From Candidatus Omnitrophota bacterium (lineage in GTDB: Bacteria; Omnitrophota; Gorgyraeia; Duberdicusellales; 4484-171): a stretch of 32,000 nucleotides of DNA. The number at the start of each line of letters is the position of its first letter. Position 1 is the stretch's first letter. The translations under genes and the position numbers were made by a program. The stretch lies in NCBI GenBank assembly GCA_021735045.1, contig JAIPHU010000001.1, positions 75,890 to 107,889 of the forward strand, written 5' to 3'. This document shows, piece by piece, positions 31,875-32,000 of the stretch. A model generated the notes under the pieces. It saw only the letters and a program-made list of their open reading frames with translations, was not told the origin of the DNA and ran no database searches.

Positions 31875-31909
31875 ATGCAACAAAATAGGTTCAAACAAAA
31901 ATGTTGCAT
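31875..31909 (+). repeat. 35-bp hairpin repeat, copy 2
   Basis: ATGCAACAAAATAGGTTCAAACAAAAATGTTGCAT; one mismatch to copy 1. A partial copy (ATGCAACAA) lies at 31847-31855. Confidence 0.75.
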
Positions 31910-31929
31910 AGTGGAAAAACATTGCGTGA

Positions 31930-31971
31930 GACTTTTGACTTTGGACATTGGACTTTGGACGTTGGACTTTT
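31930..31971. repeat. Heptamer array GACTTTT GACTTTG GACATTG GACTTTG GACGTTG GACTTTT, the reverse complement of the GTCCAAN family
   Basis: Six units, each 6/7 identical to its neighbour, followed by a T-run. The reverse complement reads GTCCAAC GTCCAAA GTCCAAT..., the same word as the array at 19012. Confidence 0.75.
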
Positions 31972-32000
31972 TTTCTTCCCGCCTCTTGCCATTCAGCTAA

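Noticed and set aside
31875-32000. 41-codon ORF (MQQNRFKQKCCIVEKHCVRLLTLDIGLWTLDFFSSRLLPFS) starting in the second hairpin copy
   Set aside because: No RBS. The ORF is composed entirely of the hairpin repeat and the heptamer array. The shared N-terminus with the receptor 'extension' is a by-product of the DNA repeat.

Overview
AT-rich bacterial chromosome segment, almost all coding on the + strand. The gene content suggests an anaerobic diderm: LPS-core type glycosyltransferases, a TonB-dependent receptor and [FeFe]-hydrogenases. The lineage cannot be assigned from sequence alone.

Gene order:
- (1) 1-5.7 kb: a glycosyltransferase cluster with four GT9 heptosyltransferase-like domains (one fused to a GT4 domain) and a separate GT4 enzyme.
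- (2) 6.0-16.0 kb: one long operon, Rex - receiver - HydC/HydB/HydA-like module 1 - sensorless histidine kinase - receiver::HydC fusion - HydB - HydA (module 2).
- (3) 16.0-19.0 kb: H-cluster maturation genes (TM1266-like ACT protein, HydF, HydG-like). No hydE is present in the window.
- (4) 19-28.3 kb: housekeeping genes (aldo/keto reductase, SDR epimerase, lipoprotein, secreted thermonuclease, GlyRS, pyruvate phosphate dikinase, sigma-70 family factor, Apt).
- (5) 28.3-32 kb: tRNA-Arg(CCT), a cobalamin riboswitch with terminator, a BtuB-like TonB-dependent receptor and a RAYT/IS200-like HUH tyrosine transposase.

The most interesting signal is the hydrogenase operon. A complete phosphorelay (DHp+CA-only kinase and two receivers, neither with a DNA-binding domain) is embedded between two HydABC-type modules. 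One receiver is fused directly to the HydC subunit. Several cofactor-binding Cys motifs are altered, mostly in module 1. I read this as a candidate hydrogenase-derived redox/H2 sensor controlling a bifurcating hydrogenase post-translationally; that is inference only.

The second recurring oddity is in the intergenic DNA after stop codons. It consists of short-period (7 or 10 bp) drifting word arrays and several small repeat families. These include a 35-bp hairpin bracketing the receptor+RAYT pair, GGGGACG-terminated ~145-bp units at the ends of the GT genes, and tandem 24-mers upstream of the rex promoter.
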